A stretch of 64,000 nt of DNA from an uncultured Prevotella sp. Lineage in GTDB: Bacteria; Bacteroidota; Bacteroidia; Bacteroidales; Bacteroidaceae. Below, one piece after another: positions 1 through 8,414 of the stretch. Position 1 is the first letter of the stretch. Each line of letters starts with the position of its first letter. The position numbers and the translations under genes are program-made. The notes below the pieces were generated by a model. That model had not been told where the DNA came from, did no database searches, and saw only the letters and a list, made by a program, of their open reading frames with translations. The stretch lies in NCBI RefSeq assembly GCF_937922495.1, contig NZ_CALAIU010000021.1, one strand, 5' to 3'.

Positions 1-374
1 GGACCAATTACAACATCTTCACAATCAGTGATATTGGTGAAATCTGCGATAGAACTATTGTTGGGGAAATCCGAGGGTGTACGAAAATAATCTCGCCATG
101 CGAGATAGAATGATTTCATTCTTTTCAACTGCGTTTTAGAAAAACCTTTTAAACCAGGCATCTCTTGTTGCAGTAGTGAAGAAATAGTTTCAAGAATTTT
201 ATCACCCCAGCTGGATCTTTTCTGACTTTGGCAGATGTACCGTCCTATGCCGTAATACAAAGCTAATGCATTTTTGTTTGCACTAAGCATCATTGTCTTT
301 CGCGTTAGCTGAATGGCAGATTTGATAGCAGCTACAGCTTTCACGACATCAGTTTGGATTATATTTTGTTCCAT
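1..374 (-). CDS. DUF1016/YhcG-like PDDEXK nuclease domain protein, N-terminal part; the gene runs off the left edge
   Basis: The minus-strand ORF is not in the supplied track because it has no stop in the window. It begins MEQNIIQTDVVKAVAAIKSAIQLTRKTMMLSANKNALALYYGIGRYICQSQKRSSWGDKILETISSLLQQEMPGLKGFSKTQLKRMKSFYLAW, which matches the DUF1016 N-terminal pattern (WG...KGFS...M..FY). Its start ATG overlaps the stop of the upstream HTH ORF as TAATG. Confidence 0.6.
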   Translation of the reverse strand, partial: MEQNIIQTDVVKAVAAIKSAIQLTRKTMMLSANKNALALYYGIGRYICQSQKRSSWGDKILETISSLLQQEMPGLKGFSKTQLKRMKSFYLAWRDYFRTPSDFPNNSSIADFTNITDCEDVVIG

Positions 375-589
375 TATATTTCTTCATTATCAACTATTAA
401 TATATCCGAAAGTCCTACATTGAGAAGCTTTGATATTTTTATCAAACACTCAACGTCTGGCAGGCTTGAATTGGTGCACCATTTTGAGATGGTTGTTTTA
501 TCTTAACCAAGTTGCTCCGCCAACCATAAGCCTGTTTTCTTTTTCTTAACAAGCCATAGCTTTAGGAGATTCAACTCTTTGTGTGCCAT
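374..589 (-). pseudogene. HTH_XRE (Cro/C1-type) small transcriptional regulator with an in-frame TAA (pseudogene or sequencing error)
   Basis: The minus-strand translation is MAHKELNLLKLWLVKKKKTGLWLAEQLG*DKTTISKWCTNSSLPDVECLIKISKLLNVGLSDILIVDNEEI. The stop at 503-505 sits where Bacteroidales HTH_XRE proteins carry a conserved Lys (LAEQLGK...VSKWC). The end of the ORF overlaps the start of the DUF1016 gene. Confidence 0.55.
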
Positions 590-762
590 AACATTTTATT
601 TATACCGCAAATTTACTAATAATTATCAACAAACTTGCAAAAGCAGCCTTATTTTTATCCTATGTTCTCAACAAGTTGAAAACTATTCAATGGGTTTATG
701 TCTTTTCCGAGGATTGACCTACAATATATCTTTGCCTCAAAAACAGCATATTATGCCCGATA

Positions 763-1140
763 CACTAACATTTACATCCGTCCATACCATCCCTGGTGCC
801 CACGCCTCCGCTGCCTTCACATCCAAGACATCTGAAGTCTTTAAGGAGGAGCATAACATTGCACCAATCATCATCAACGACAAGATGAAGTACATCCCGT
901 GGGGAGGCGACAATCAGATGCCGTACAACATCATTGATCTCAGCGTGCTACGTCCGCTTTGCTCCAGCCGACAAGTCGGGCGTGATACCTTACATTCTCT
1001 ATGCCAAATGGCGTAATACGGTCAGTCCGGAGGACATTGAGCGCATCGAACTTCTCAATCCACAGTCGCCATTCACCGACCTTCAGAACAGAGGGAAAAA
1101 TTTCACATTAGAGTTTTCTAATCCACCACACAGACCATAA
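763..1140 (+). pseudogene. Frameshifted remnant of a gene of unknown function (possibly a primase/VirE-like N-terminal fragment)
   Basis: Two overlapping track ORFs (579..1016 and 934..1140) join across a +1 frameshift near position 950: ...IPWGGDNQMPYNIIDLSVL then RFAPADKSGVIPYILYAKWRNTVSPEDIERIEL.... There is no signal peptide, and the remnant ends right before the repeat block. Confidence 0.25.
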
Positions 1141-1164
1141 TCGGGTAAGGAAACGGGGGTACGG

Positions 1165-1290
1165 AAGCTGGAAAGCGGCGTTTCGCCGGTCGTGCGACTG
1201 CAGTCATACATTCGTCTCACTATAGTGAAAATCATTTCCCACTATAGTGAAAAACATTTCCCACTATAGTGAGACGCCCCGAGAAGCAGC
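1165..1290. repeat. Palindromic repeat element, copy 1: GGTCGTGCGACTGCAGT head followed by 3 copies of the 12 bp palindrome TCACTATAGTGA at 22 bp spacing
   Basis: (C)CACTATAGTGA occurs at 1217-1228, 1240-1250 and 1262-1272. The same family recurs at 10950-11045 and 53975-54090. Confidence 0.8.
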
Positions 1291-1316
1291 GCTTGCTGAC
1301 TGTCAAAGTGATGATT

Positions 1317-1427
1317 TATGACCCGAAAAAGCATGAGTTATGACCCGAAAAAGCATGGGTTATGACCCGAAAGGGTATGGGTTACGACCCGAAAGAGCAT
1401 AGGGGGCGACCCGTAAGGGTATGGGGT
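1317..1427. repeat. Tandem direct repeat of about 22 bp in 5 degenerate copies (TTATGACCCGAAAAAGCATGRG)
   Basis: Unit boundaries read directly from the sequence are 1317, 1339, 1361, 1383 and 1408. The repeats are contiguous with no spacers. Confidence 0.85.
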
Positions 1428-1532
1428 TAATCATGAAAATACATGGTCTTGTGTCTCATGAAAGCATAAAAGCATCATGCAAGAGGCTGGCTGCATGATG
1501 CTTATCCGGGTATCCGCCAAGAAAGGAGCGGA

Positions 1533-3518
1533 TCAGAGTTCATGGATGTCTATTGATAGTCCTATCTGAAAATTGATTCCGTCAGTCACGGGACTGTTCA
1601 GATAATAATACTTCGGACGGTAATTGAAAAGGTTGTCCAATGCCGTGGTGAGCTTCACGGCTTTGCCGATTCGCTGCACGAGCGAGAGTTTCCACATGGT
1701 ATAGGCAGGATAGGAAACGCGGACCGTGCCCTGGCTTACGTCATAATAGTTGCGGTATTCCTCATTCTCCGTGCCGGAGAGCAGACGGCCGCTGATTCCC
1801 GCCGAAATGCCGTAGCGGGCGGAGAACTGCCGGTCATAGTCATACCTGACATTAAGCGAATGGCGGCGCGCAGGGATATACTGGTTGTTCACGGCGTTGC
1901 CCTGCTTGTCGGTGGGCAGCTCTTCCTTTGTGTAGGCATAGGTGAAGCGTGCCGACATGCCGTTGTCCCAACGTGTCTGCACACCGATTTCCCCGCCATA
2001 CACGCTGTATCCGTCGAGGTTGGTATAGGGCAGGTATGGGAGTTTGTCGGATGGGGTACGGAAATACGGTGCGCCCGTGGCGAGCTTGTTCTCCACCTTA
2101 TTATAATATGCCGACGCCGTGAGGTTGTAATGCCCCTTGACGTATTCGGCTGAAAGGTTCAAGTTGTGGCTTATCTCTGATTTCAAAGCGGCGTTTCCCT
2201 CCACAATCCAGATGCCTGCCATATCGAAATCGTAGTATTTCTCCTTCAGCGTAGGCGCACGGAAGCCCATTCCGTAGCCTGCCCGCAGGGAGAGGTTGCG
2301 CACAGGTTTGTAGCAGAGATTGAGCTTTGGTGTCAGTCGGGATTCGCCTCCGTCAGAGAAATAGTCGTAGCGTACTGCTCCCACAGCCTCCAGCTTCTGA
2401 CTGATGCGCCAGTCGTATTGCATGAAGAAGTCGAAGCAGTCTTGCTTTCGCTCGGTGTTGTCGAGGTTGGTGTTAAACAGATAGTCGTGCATGAAATCCG
2501 CCCCTGCGGTGAGGATGTCACCGCTGCCGAAGGTATGGTTGTAGAGCAGACGGAACGTGTTGCGCACATTGCTGTAGTCGCGGATATCGAGCTTGCGCAG
2601 CTTCTGGTAGTCCGACTTGTCGTATTGGTCGAAGGCGTAGTTTGCCTGCAGCATGTCGTGGTCGGAGAGAGTCCAGTCGATGCGCAGTCCTCCGCTGAAG
2701 TCGCGGTAGCGCTCGGGCTGCTCGGCGGTGCGCGTAGTCTGGCGGAAGAAGTAGCCTACCCTTCCGCCAATCTCCACATTGCGCGACGGCGACCACACCA
2801 GTTGGTCTTTCAGATTCAGCGTTCTGTCGCCATACACCGTGGAGATGATTCTTGTGACGGGGTCCGCCGCACTGTGCACGTCGAAGTTGTCCACGTCTGT
2901 ATAGTTGGCCGTGAACATATTGCCGAGGCGCTTGCCGTTGAGACCGAACGAAGCGCCGTAGCGCTGCTCGTTGTGTCGGGCCAGTCTGCCGTTCACGTTC
3001 AGCGTCCAAGGCTTGTCAGTCTTCTTCGTTATGATATTTATCACGCCGCCCGTGGCATTGCTGCCGTAAAGCGCCGATGCGGCTCCTTTCACTATTTCTA
3101 TGCGTTCCACGTTGTCCATATTGAGACGTGTGAAGTCCACATCGTCCATCGTCTCGCCGGCAAGCCGCTCCCCGTCGATGAGGAAGAGCACGCCCTGTCC
3201 GCCGAATCCAGAAAAGTTGAGATGAGTCTGCTGGTTCATGGCGTATGAGAATTCCACTCCAGGCAGTTCCTGCTGCAGGAGGTCCTGGATATTCGTGGCA
3301 TCCGTCTTCTCTATCTCGCGGGATGTGATGACACGGGTCTGGATAGGGGTGTCTTTAAGGAATTTGGGAGTGCGCGTGCCTGTAACGACCACTTCGCCCA
3401 GGTCGAAATGACGGCTGATTGAGTCAATATACTCATCAAGCCGGTCGGCGCTCATGGCATTCTGGGCAACGGCACAAACATGGGCAAGGCACAAAGCCGG
3501 AATGAGGATTCTTCTCAT
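1533..3518 (-). CDS. TonB-dependent outer-membrane receptor (HmuR/BtuB-like, heme or tetrapyrrole uptake)
   Basis: Signal peptide, then a plug domain (DTPIQTRVITSREI...GGVINIITKK), a 661 aa beta-barrel and a C-terminal aromatic residue. It is co-operonic with an HmuY-like lipoprotein. Confidence 0.85.
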   Translation of the reverse strand: MRRILIPALCLAHVCAVAQNAMSADRLDEYIDSISRHFDLGEVVVTGTRTPKFLKDTPIQTRVITSREIEKTDATNIQDLLQQELPGVEFSYAMNQQTHLNFSGFGGQGVLFLIDGERLAGETMDDVDFTRLNMDNVERIEIVKGAASALYGSNATGGVINIITKKTDKPWTLNVNGRLARHNEQRYGASFGLNGKRLGNMFTANYTDVDNFDVHSAADPVTRIISTVYGDRTLNLKDQLVWSPSRNVEIGGRVGYFFRQTTRTAEQPERYRDFSGGLRIDWTLSDHDMLQANYAFDQYDKSDYQKLRKLDIRDYSNVRNTFRLLYNHTFGSGDILTAGADFMHDYLFNTNLDNTERKQDCFDFFMQYDWRISQKLEAVGAVRYDYFSDGGESRLTPKLNLCYKPVRNLSLRAGYGMGFRAPTLKEKYYDFDMAGIWIVEGNAALKSEISHNLNLSAEYVKGHYNLTASAYYNKVENKLATGAPYFRTPSDKLPYLPYTNLDGYSVYGGEIGVQTRWDNGMSARFTYAYTKEELPTDKQGNAVNNQYIPARRHSLNVRYDYDRQFSARYGISAGISGRLLSGTENEEYRNYYDVSQGTVRVSYPAYTMWKLSLVQRIGKAVKLTTALDNLFNYRPKYYYLNSPVTDGINFQIGLSIDIHEL

Positions 3519-3562
3519 ATATATCGTTGGGGTGATAATCTGTTATATCGTTGGGGAGATGA

Positions 3563-4327
3563 TCAATACGGGTACTTGTAATTTATTGTGAGATAGCATT
3601 TTTTGCCGCTTGGCGAAAGATAGTCTTCGAGCTGCAGGGCGGCACACGTTCCGTCGGAAAGACGAAGGATGAACACGTGGTTGTTCTTCACGTAGGCCGG
3701 CGGCATGGGCGGTATCTTCAGGGCGAGCCACGAGGAGAGCAGCTTGTTTATCTTTATGCCCTGGGAGGGCACGAGGCCGAGGAGCATCTGTTCCTGACTG
3801 TCCCACACGTCGCACTCCGACCATTCGTCAGGCGAGAACTTCACATTGGCAAACGCCGTACTCGATTCCGGGAGCTGGTCCATTGATGTGAATGCCGTTT
3901 CGTAGACCTCTCCGCCATTGGTACGCACGTTGTTCCGGTGCACGGCGATAGTCCAGCGGTCCGGCTCCGGCTGCTTGTCGGTGGGCGTGAAGCTGCGGTA
4001 TTCGTTGTTTTCCACGCCCTTGCCGAACACGTCAAACCAGTATAGATACTGTCCCGTAGTGTCGTCCGATTCTCCTGTCAGCGTCATCGGAATCGGGTAT
4101 GCCTGGAATACGGTCTGCGCCTTGATGAGCGCCTCCTCGTCGTTCTGCTCCGACAGCCGCTGCAGTTCCTGCAAATCAATATAATACCAGTCGGTCCAGC
4201 TCGTGGCATCCACCACAATCTGCCCCTTTGCCGGAATGATTTCTATCGGTTTGTCGTATATTTCATCAAAGATGCCATTGCATGACATGAGCATCAGTAT
4301 GCCAGAACATGCAATGGCTGTCTTCAT
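3563..4327 (-). CDS. HmuY-family heme-binding lipoprotein
   Basis: Lipoprotein signal MKTAIACSGILMLMSCNG. The motif WTIAVHRNNVRTNGGE resembles the HmuY W-IAFHR...TNGG core. The gene lies immediately upstream of the TonB-dependent receptor. The likely start is the internal Met of track ORF 3563..4351. Confidence 0.6.
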   Translation of the reverse strand: MKTAIACSGILMLMSCNGIFDEIYDKPIEIIPAKGQIVVDATSWTDWYYIDLQELQRLSEQNDEEALIKAQTVFQAYPIPMTLTGESDDTTGQYLYWFDVFGKGVENNEYRSFTPTDKQPEPDRWTIAVHRNNVRTNGGEVYETAFTSMDQLPESSTAFANVKFSPDEWSECDVWDSQEQMLLGLVPSQGIKINKLLSSWLALKIPPMPPAYVKNNHVFILRLSDGTCAALQLEDYLSPSGKKCYLTINYKYPY

Positions 4328-4379
4328 TATGATAGTTCGTATATTTGTCATAACAGCCTTATATATTGCAACATAAGGT

Positions 4380-5390
4380 TTATCTTCTCAGGTATTTCTT
4401 TCCGTTTACTATTACTATCCCCTTGGCGTTGCTGCCCACGCGCTGTCCGTTGAGGTCATACATGTTGCCGTCTTTGACAGTTGGCTTGCCTGCATCGATA
4501 TTGTCTACCGCGTTTGTGGCATTGTTGAAGGTCGACGTGATAGGGAATGGCATTGCACCAACCTGGAAAGCATTCTCTATCGAAGTAATCTGACTGCCGC
4601 TGTATACCACGAGGATGTTGTTTTCTTTCTCTGGATTGAACTGGTATATTCCGTCCATCGTCTTGGTGCCACCACTCTCTGCCATGAAATGGAATGAGAG
4701 TCCGTCGCCCTTGTAGTCATGGTAGAATCCGCCCTTTTCCTCGCTGTAGGTCAATCCCTTTATGACGTATGAACCAAGCGTGATATTGCCCATGATGGTG
4801 TTGTCGAGCGTATAGGTCGGAACCTCTACATCTACCTTCTCCACGCTGCCGTCGGTATACTTGCGCAACTTGTATGTCACATTGTCGTTGGAGTAGTTAT
4901 ACACGCCTCCAACGGAAACGTTGATTGCGCCCGAAATGGCTTTCAGGTAATACGACTTTATCTCGTATGTCATCTCCATCGGCATAGCTCCGTATTTGAA
5001 TACGGCCTTCAGTGTCAGGGAGTTGTCTGCCATGTTGTACTCACCGGATAGCGATGATCCTGTTATCTGCTTCTCTGCGCCGTCGGCTTCGGCCTTGGCT
5101 GTGAACGTCTGGTCGCTGAACGAAACCACATGGTTTGCGCCCATGGAGAACTTTACGTTTTCTATCGTGAACGATGGAATGGTAGACATTCCCTTCATTG
5201 CGGGCAGTGTGATGCTGCCTGTCGTCATGTCGTTCATCACGAAGCTCACGGTGTCGCTCGGATTTTCTATGACTGTTGTCATTACAGACACCTTGGATGC
5301 ACCTACGAAGTTCAAGGCGCCATGCATCTGGGCCTTCATTCCTATTGCCGCAAGTACGGCAAATACGAGAGTAAATATTCTCTTCATCTT
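4380..5390 (-). CDS. Secreted protein with a T9SS C-terminal sorting domain, in the heme/tetrapyrrole uptake operon
   Basis: Signal peptide MKRIFTLVFAVLAAIGMKAQ, with the start placed at the internal Met of track ORF 4380..5594. The C-terminus ...YDLNGQRVGSNAKGIVIVNGKKYLRR is a typical Por/T9SS CTD. Confidence 0.6.
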   Translation of the reverse strand, partial: KMKRIFTLVFAVLAAIGMKAQMHGALNFVGASKVSVMTTVIENPSDTVSFVMNDMTTGSITLPAMKGMSTIPSFTIENVKFSMGANHVVSFSDQTFTAKAEADGAEKQITGSSLSGEYNMADNSLTLKAVFKYGAMPMEMTYEIKSYYLKAISGAINVSVGGVYNYSNDNVTYKLRKYTDGSVEKVDVEVPTYTLDNTIMGNITLGSYVIKGLTYSEEKGGFYHDYKGDGLSFHFMAESGGTKTMDGIYQFNPEKENNILVVYSGSQITSIENAFQVGAMPFPITSTFNNATNAVDNIDAGKPTVKDGNMYDLNGQRVGSNAKGIVIVNGKKYLRR

Positions 5391-5612
5391 GTTCTTGTTT
5401 TTTTGTTTTATCGTTGTTTTATGTTTTATACTTACGTTTACCGTTTCTGTATTATGGATTTCGTCGTGGTTCTCTACCCTGTTCGCTTGCTTGCCGAAAA
5501 GCATTCCATTGCCAACCGATGATGTTTCATTTGTCTGCTTATGATGTTTCCAGAAAAGCGCTGCAAAGGTCGGCAGTTTTCCATTCTTACACAATACTCA
5601 AATCAGGGGTTT

Positions 5613-6599
5613 TTACTCCGCCTTTTCGGCCGTTTTGTCCTGTGCGTTATAAAACCAATAACCAAAAACGAGTATTATGAACGCCCCGAGGATGCCCAGC
5701 ATCTCATAGACATGGTTTAGCGGATCCACCCAGATTTCCTTGAAGAAGCCATTGCGAGCCGCGACTTCGACGAAGCTCCAGAATACGATTACCGTGGCTA
5801 TCGACATACGGAGATTGCGTCCCCACTGACCGATATAGAGCTGTCGCTTGAACATCAGTGCCGAAGCAATGAGGCAAGCCAAACCTATGGCATAAGTGAC
5901 GGGATGAGTGGTGCCGAGGAAGACGGGGTCGTAACAGAACATAAGCAGCAGATAAAGTCCCCACATCATTATGTTCCACTCCATAAAGGTGACGATGCTC
6001 GCATGGTGTGCCATCGGCCGGAGCTCCACATTGCCGTTCACGCCGCAGTGGTTCTGTATCCAGCGGATAAAGTCGCAGCCCGTACGTGTGCAGAAGACAT
6101 ACAGCACAACGAACATCATCCACATGCCAAACGAGGCGGGCATGATGAGATACTCGGGGCGTGAACCGCGGATTCCCTTTATCCCCTCACGTGTATACTC
6201 CTCCAGCGGCGTAGCGTTCACGGTGAAGGTGTGGTTTACGGCGATTCCATTGACGTATTCCGAAGTGGTCTGCACCACTCCATTGCCCACCAGGTCGCAA
6301 TGCACTCCGTAGCGATGGGCATAATAGGCGAAGAGGAATTCCACCCAACCCGTCCAGAAGAGCAATGCGCCGAACACTCCGAAGCATGTCTGCCTTGTAT
6401 CGCCCTTCACGAATACGCCGTAGACAGTGACTACGAGTCCGACAAAACCCATTGCAAAAGCGGAATAGTGGAGTACTGCAGGCGTGAGCAACTGTTCCAT
6501 CACAATCATCAGCGCATGCCCCAACGGCATGAGCAGCAGAATAATCAGCAAGGAACCTATCGTCTTGCCGAAATAAGTCTTTCCATTCTTTGTTGTCAT
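5613..6599 (-). CDS. Polytopic integral membrane protein, function unknown; first gene of the uptake operon
   Basis: 328 aa with at least 8 hydrophobic segments. A promoter lies immediately upstream. Confidence 0.5.
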   Translation of the reverse strand: MTTKNGKTYFGKTIGSLLIILLLMPLGHALMIVMEQLLTPAVLHYSAFAMGFVGLVVTVYGVFVKGDTRQTCFGVFGALLFWTGWVEFLFAYYAHRYGVHCDLVGNGVVQTTSEYVNGIAVNHTFTVNATPLEEYTREGIKGIRGSRPEYLIMPASFGMWMMFVVLYVFCTRTGCDFIRWIQNHCGVNGNVELRPMAHHASIVTFMEWNIMMWGLYLLLMFCYDPVFLGTTHPVTYAIGLACLIASALMFKRQLYIGQWGRNLRMSIATVIVFWSFVEVAARNGFFKEIWVDPLNHVYEMLGILGAFIILVFGYWFYNAQDKTAEKAE

Positions 6600-6621
6600 G
6601 TCATTTTGATTTTTCCGGCTG

Positions 6622-6629
6622 CAAAGGTA
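6622..6629 (-). promoter_or_regulatory. Bacteroides sigma-A -7 box (TAccTTTG) for the uptake operon
   Basis: The minus strand reads ...ggcTACCTTTGcagccggaaaaatcaaaATG. The consensus is TAnnTTTG. Confidence 0.6.
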
Positions 6630-6699
6630 GCCAATATCTCATGTTCCGTGCAATACTGAAAATTAATGATATTCCCTACGACCTATCGACAACACCTAA

Positions 6700-6769
6700 T
6701 GAAAAAGTGGATAAAAAGACAGAAAGTGTAAAGAAGTCAGGCCACTCGCCCGCTCTTCTTTACACTTTC
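6700..6769 (-). terminator. Rho-independent terminator of the sstT-like gene
   Basis: A perfect 15 bp stem (GAAAGTGTAAAGAAG / CTTCTTTACACTTTC) with an 18 nt loop, followed on the minus strand by GTCTTTTTATCCACTTTTTC. Confidence 0.75.
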
Positions 6770-7001
6770 CTTAAATATTGTTTATCTATCCGCCACCTCT
6801 GGTTCTTATTCATTCTTCATCGAAGGCCTCCAGATATCTCTCTATACATGGTTTCAAGTCCGGAATGTCATTTTCTATTGATACATATTTTCTTCAAAAC
6901 ATCCAACTATCCTTGGATTTAATTTTCACTTTATGCCCTTGTAATCCGGCATGGCACATGATAACGGAAGAGAAAACCAAAGAGAGACTCAGCCTTTCCG
7001 C

Positions 7002-8183
7002 CTATCCCTCCGCAACAGCTTCGGCCTTCTTGCCGAAACACTTGTCGACAATCAAAGCAAGGGCACCGTCGCCCGTCACGTTGCACGCTGTACCGAAACT
7101 GTCCATCGCGATATACAGGGCTATCATCAGAGCCAGCGCCTGCTGGTCGAAGCCAAGCATCGACGAGAGAATGCCGAGTGCCGCCATGATTGCTCCGCCA
7201 GGCACACCCGGGGCCGCCACCATAGTTATACCGAGCATCATGATGAAGCCTGCAATCATCTGGAAATCATACGCCATGCCCTGCATCATCATCAGTGCAA
7301 GGGCACATGCCACGATTTTCATCGTGCTGCCCGACAGATGTATCGTGGCGCAAAGCGGAATTACGAATCCGGCAATGTCCTTGTGGACACCGTTCTGGAT
7401 GGTCTGGCGCATGGTGACAGGTATGGTTGCTGCCGACGACTGCGTGCCGAGGGCAGTGAAATATGCCGGCATCATCCTGCCGAGCATACGCAGAGGGTTC
7501 TTGTGGACGAAGATTGACGCTATGGTATACTGGAGAATGAGCAGGAATATATGCATGATGAATATCACTCCGATAATCTTGACGAACACGCTCAACACCT
7601 TGAACACCTCGCCAGAAAAAGTCATATTGAAGAAGATGCCGAAGATGTATATTGGCAACAACGGCAGGACCACCGCCTGTATGGTCATAGTGATGATGTC
7701 GCGGAACTCCGAAAAGACATACTTCAGCGACTGCGTGCCGAGATGGGCGATGCCCAGACCGAACGTGAATGCCATGACGAGCGAGGTCATAACATTGAGC
7801 GAAGCCGGAATGGCCACGGTGAAATACGGTTTGACGCCATCTGCCTGGCTTATCTGCGTCAGCTTCAGGTCGTCGGAAATAAGCGACGGGAATAAGGACT
7901 CGCCCACTCCATAAGTGAGGAAGCCCGAAAAGATCGTAGCTCCATAGGCGAGCATCGCCGTGACGAGGAGCATCTTGCCAGCCCCCTTGCCTATGTCAGC
8001 AATGGCCGGAGTGACAAGTCCCACGATGATGAGCGGTATAAGGAATCCGAGGAATTCGCTGAACAACCCGTTGAACGTGACGAAGATGCGCACCGGAGTT
8101 TCGGGAGTGAACATACCGAGACAGATGCCAAGAATAATGGCAACAATGATTTTAGGCAATAAGCCGAACTTGAATTTCTTCAT
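7002..8183 (-). CDS. Dicarboxylate/amino acid:cation symporter (DAACS family, SstT-like)
   Basis: 393 aa polytopic protein with DAACS-like motifs (GxxxNxDG-like region, re-entrant loop serine-rich segments). Confidence 0.65.
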   Translation of the reverse strand: MKKFKFGLLPKIIVAIILGICLGMFTPETPVRIFVTFNGLFSEFLGFLIPLIIVGLVTPAIADIGKGAGKMLLVTAMLAYGATIFSGFLTYGVGESLFPSLISDDLKLTQISQADGVKPYFTVAIPASLNVMTSLVMAFTFGLGIAHLGTQSLKYVFSEFRDIITMTIQAVVLPLLPIYIFGIFFNMTFSGEVFKVLSVFVKIIGVIFIMHIFLLILQYTIASIFVHKNPLRMLGRMMPAYFTALGTQSSAATIPVTMRQTIQNGVHKDIAGFVIPLCATIHLSGSTMKIVACALALMMMQGMAYDFQMIAGFIMMLGITMVAAPGVPGGAIMAALGILSSMLGFDQQALALMIALYIAMDSFGTACNVTGDGALALIVDKCFGKKAEAVAEG

Positions 8184-8414
8184 TACTGAATGTTTTTATG
8201 GTTTCTTAGAATTAAGATTTGCTGCTTCTTATTGTTTTCGGATAGCATTTGCAAATATAAGGCAAATTATCTATAAAGCAATCGTATTGGATAAAAATCT
8301 TTTCTTTTTACCCAATACGACGCTTGATTAAAAAGGTATAGAGGCTCTCTATACGCCTTTCAGTCATGATACAGCCCGCATACACGGGACGTACCGCCCG
8401 GCCGCTGCCGGCAT

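Noticed and set aside
579-1016. 145 aa ORF as an intact gene
   Set aside because: The N-terminal 60 aa read through the HTH gene region on the opposite strand. Only the segment from about 763 looks gene-like, and it needs a frameshift to continue.
1217-1272. Resemblance of CACTATAG to the T7 promoter core
   Set aside because: Only a short coincidental match. The context is a 12 bp perfect palindrome repeated at 22 bp, not a phage promoter.
1317-1427. Possible CRISPR array
   Set aside because: The repeats are contiguous with no unique spacers, and no cas genes are present.
6738-6752. GGCCACTCGCCCG as a possible B12-box/riboswitch upstream of the uptake operon
   Set aside because: It is the loop of the sstT terminator hairpin. 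No other cobalamin-riboswitch elements are present, and a plain TAccTTTG promoter follows.
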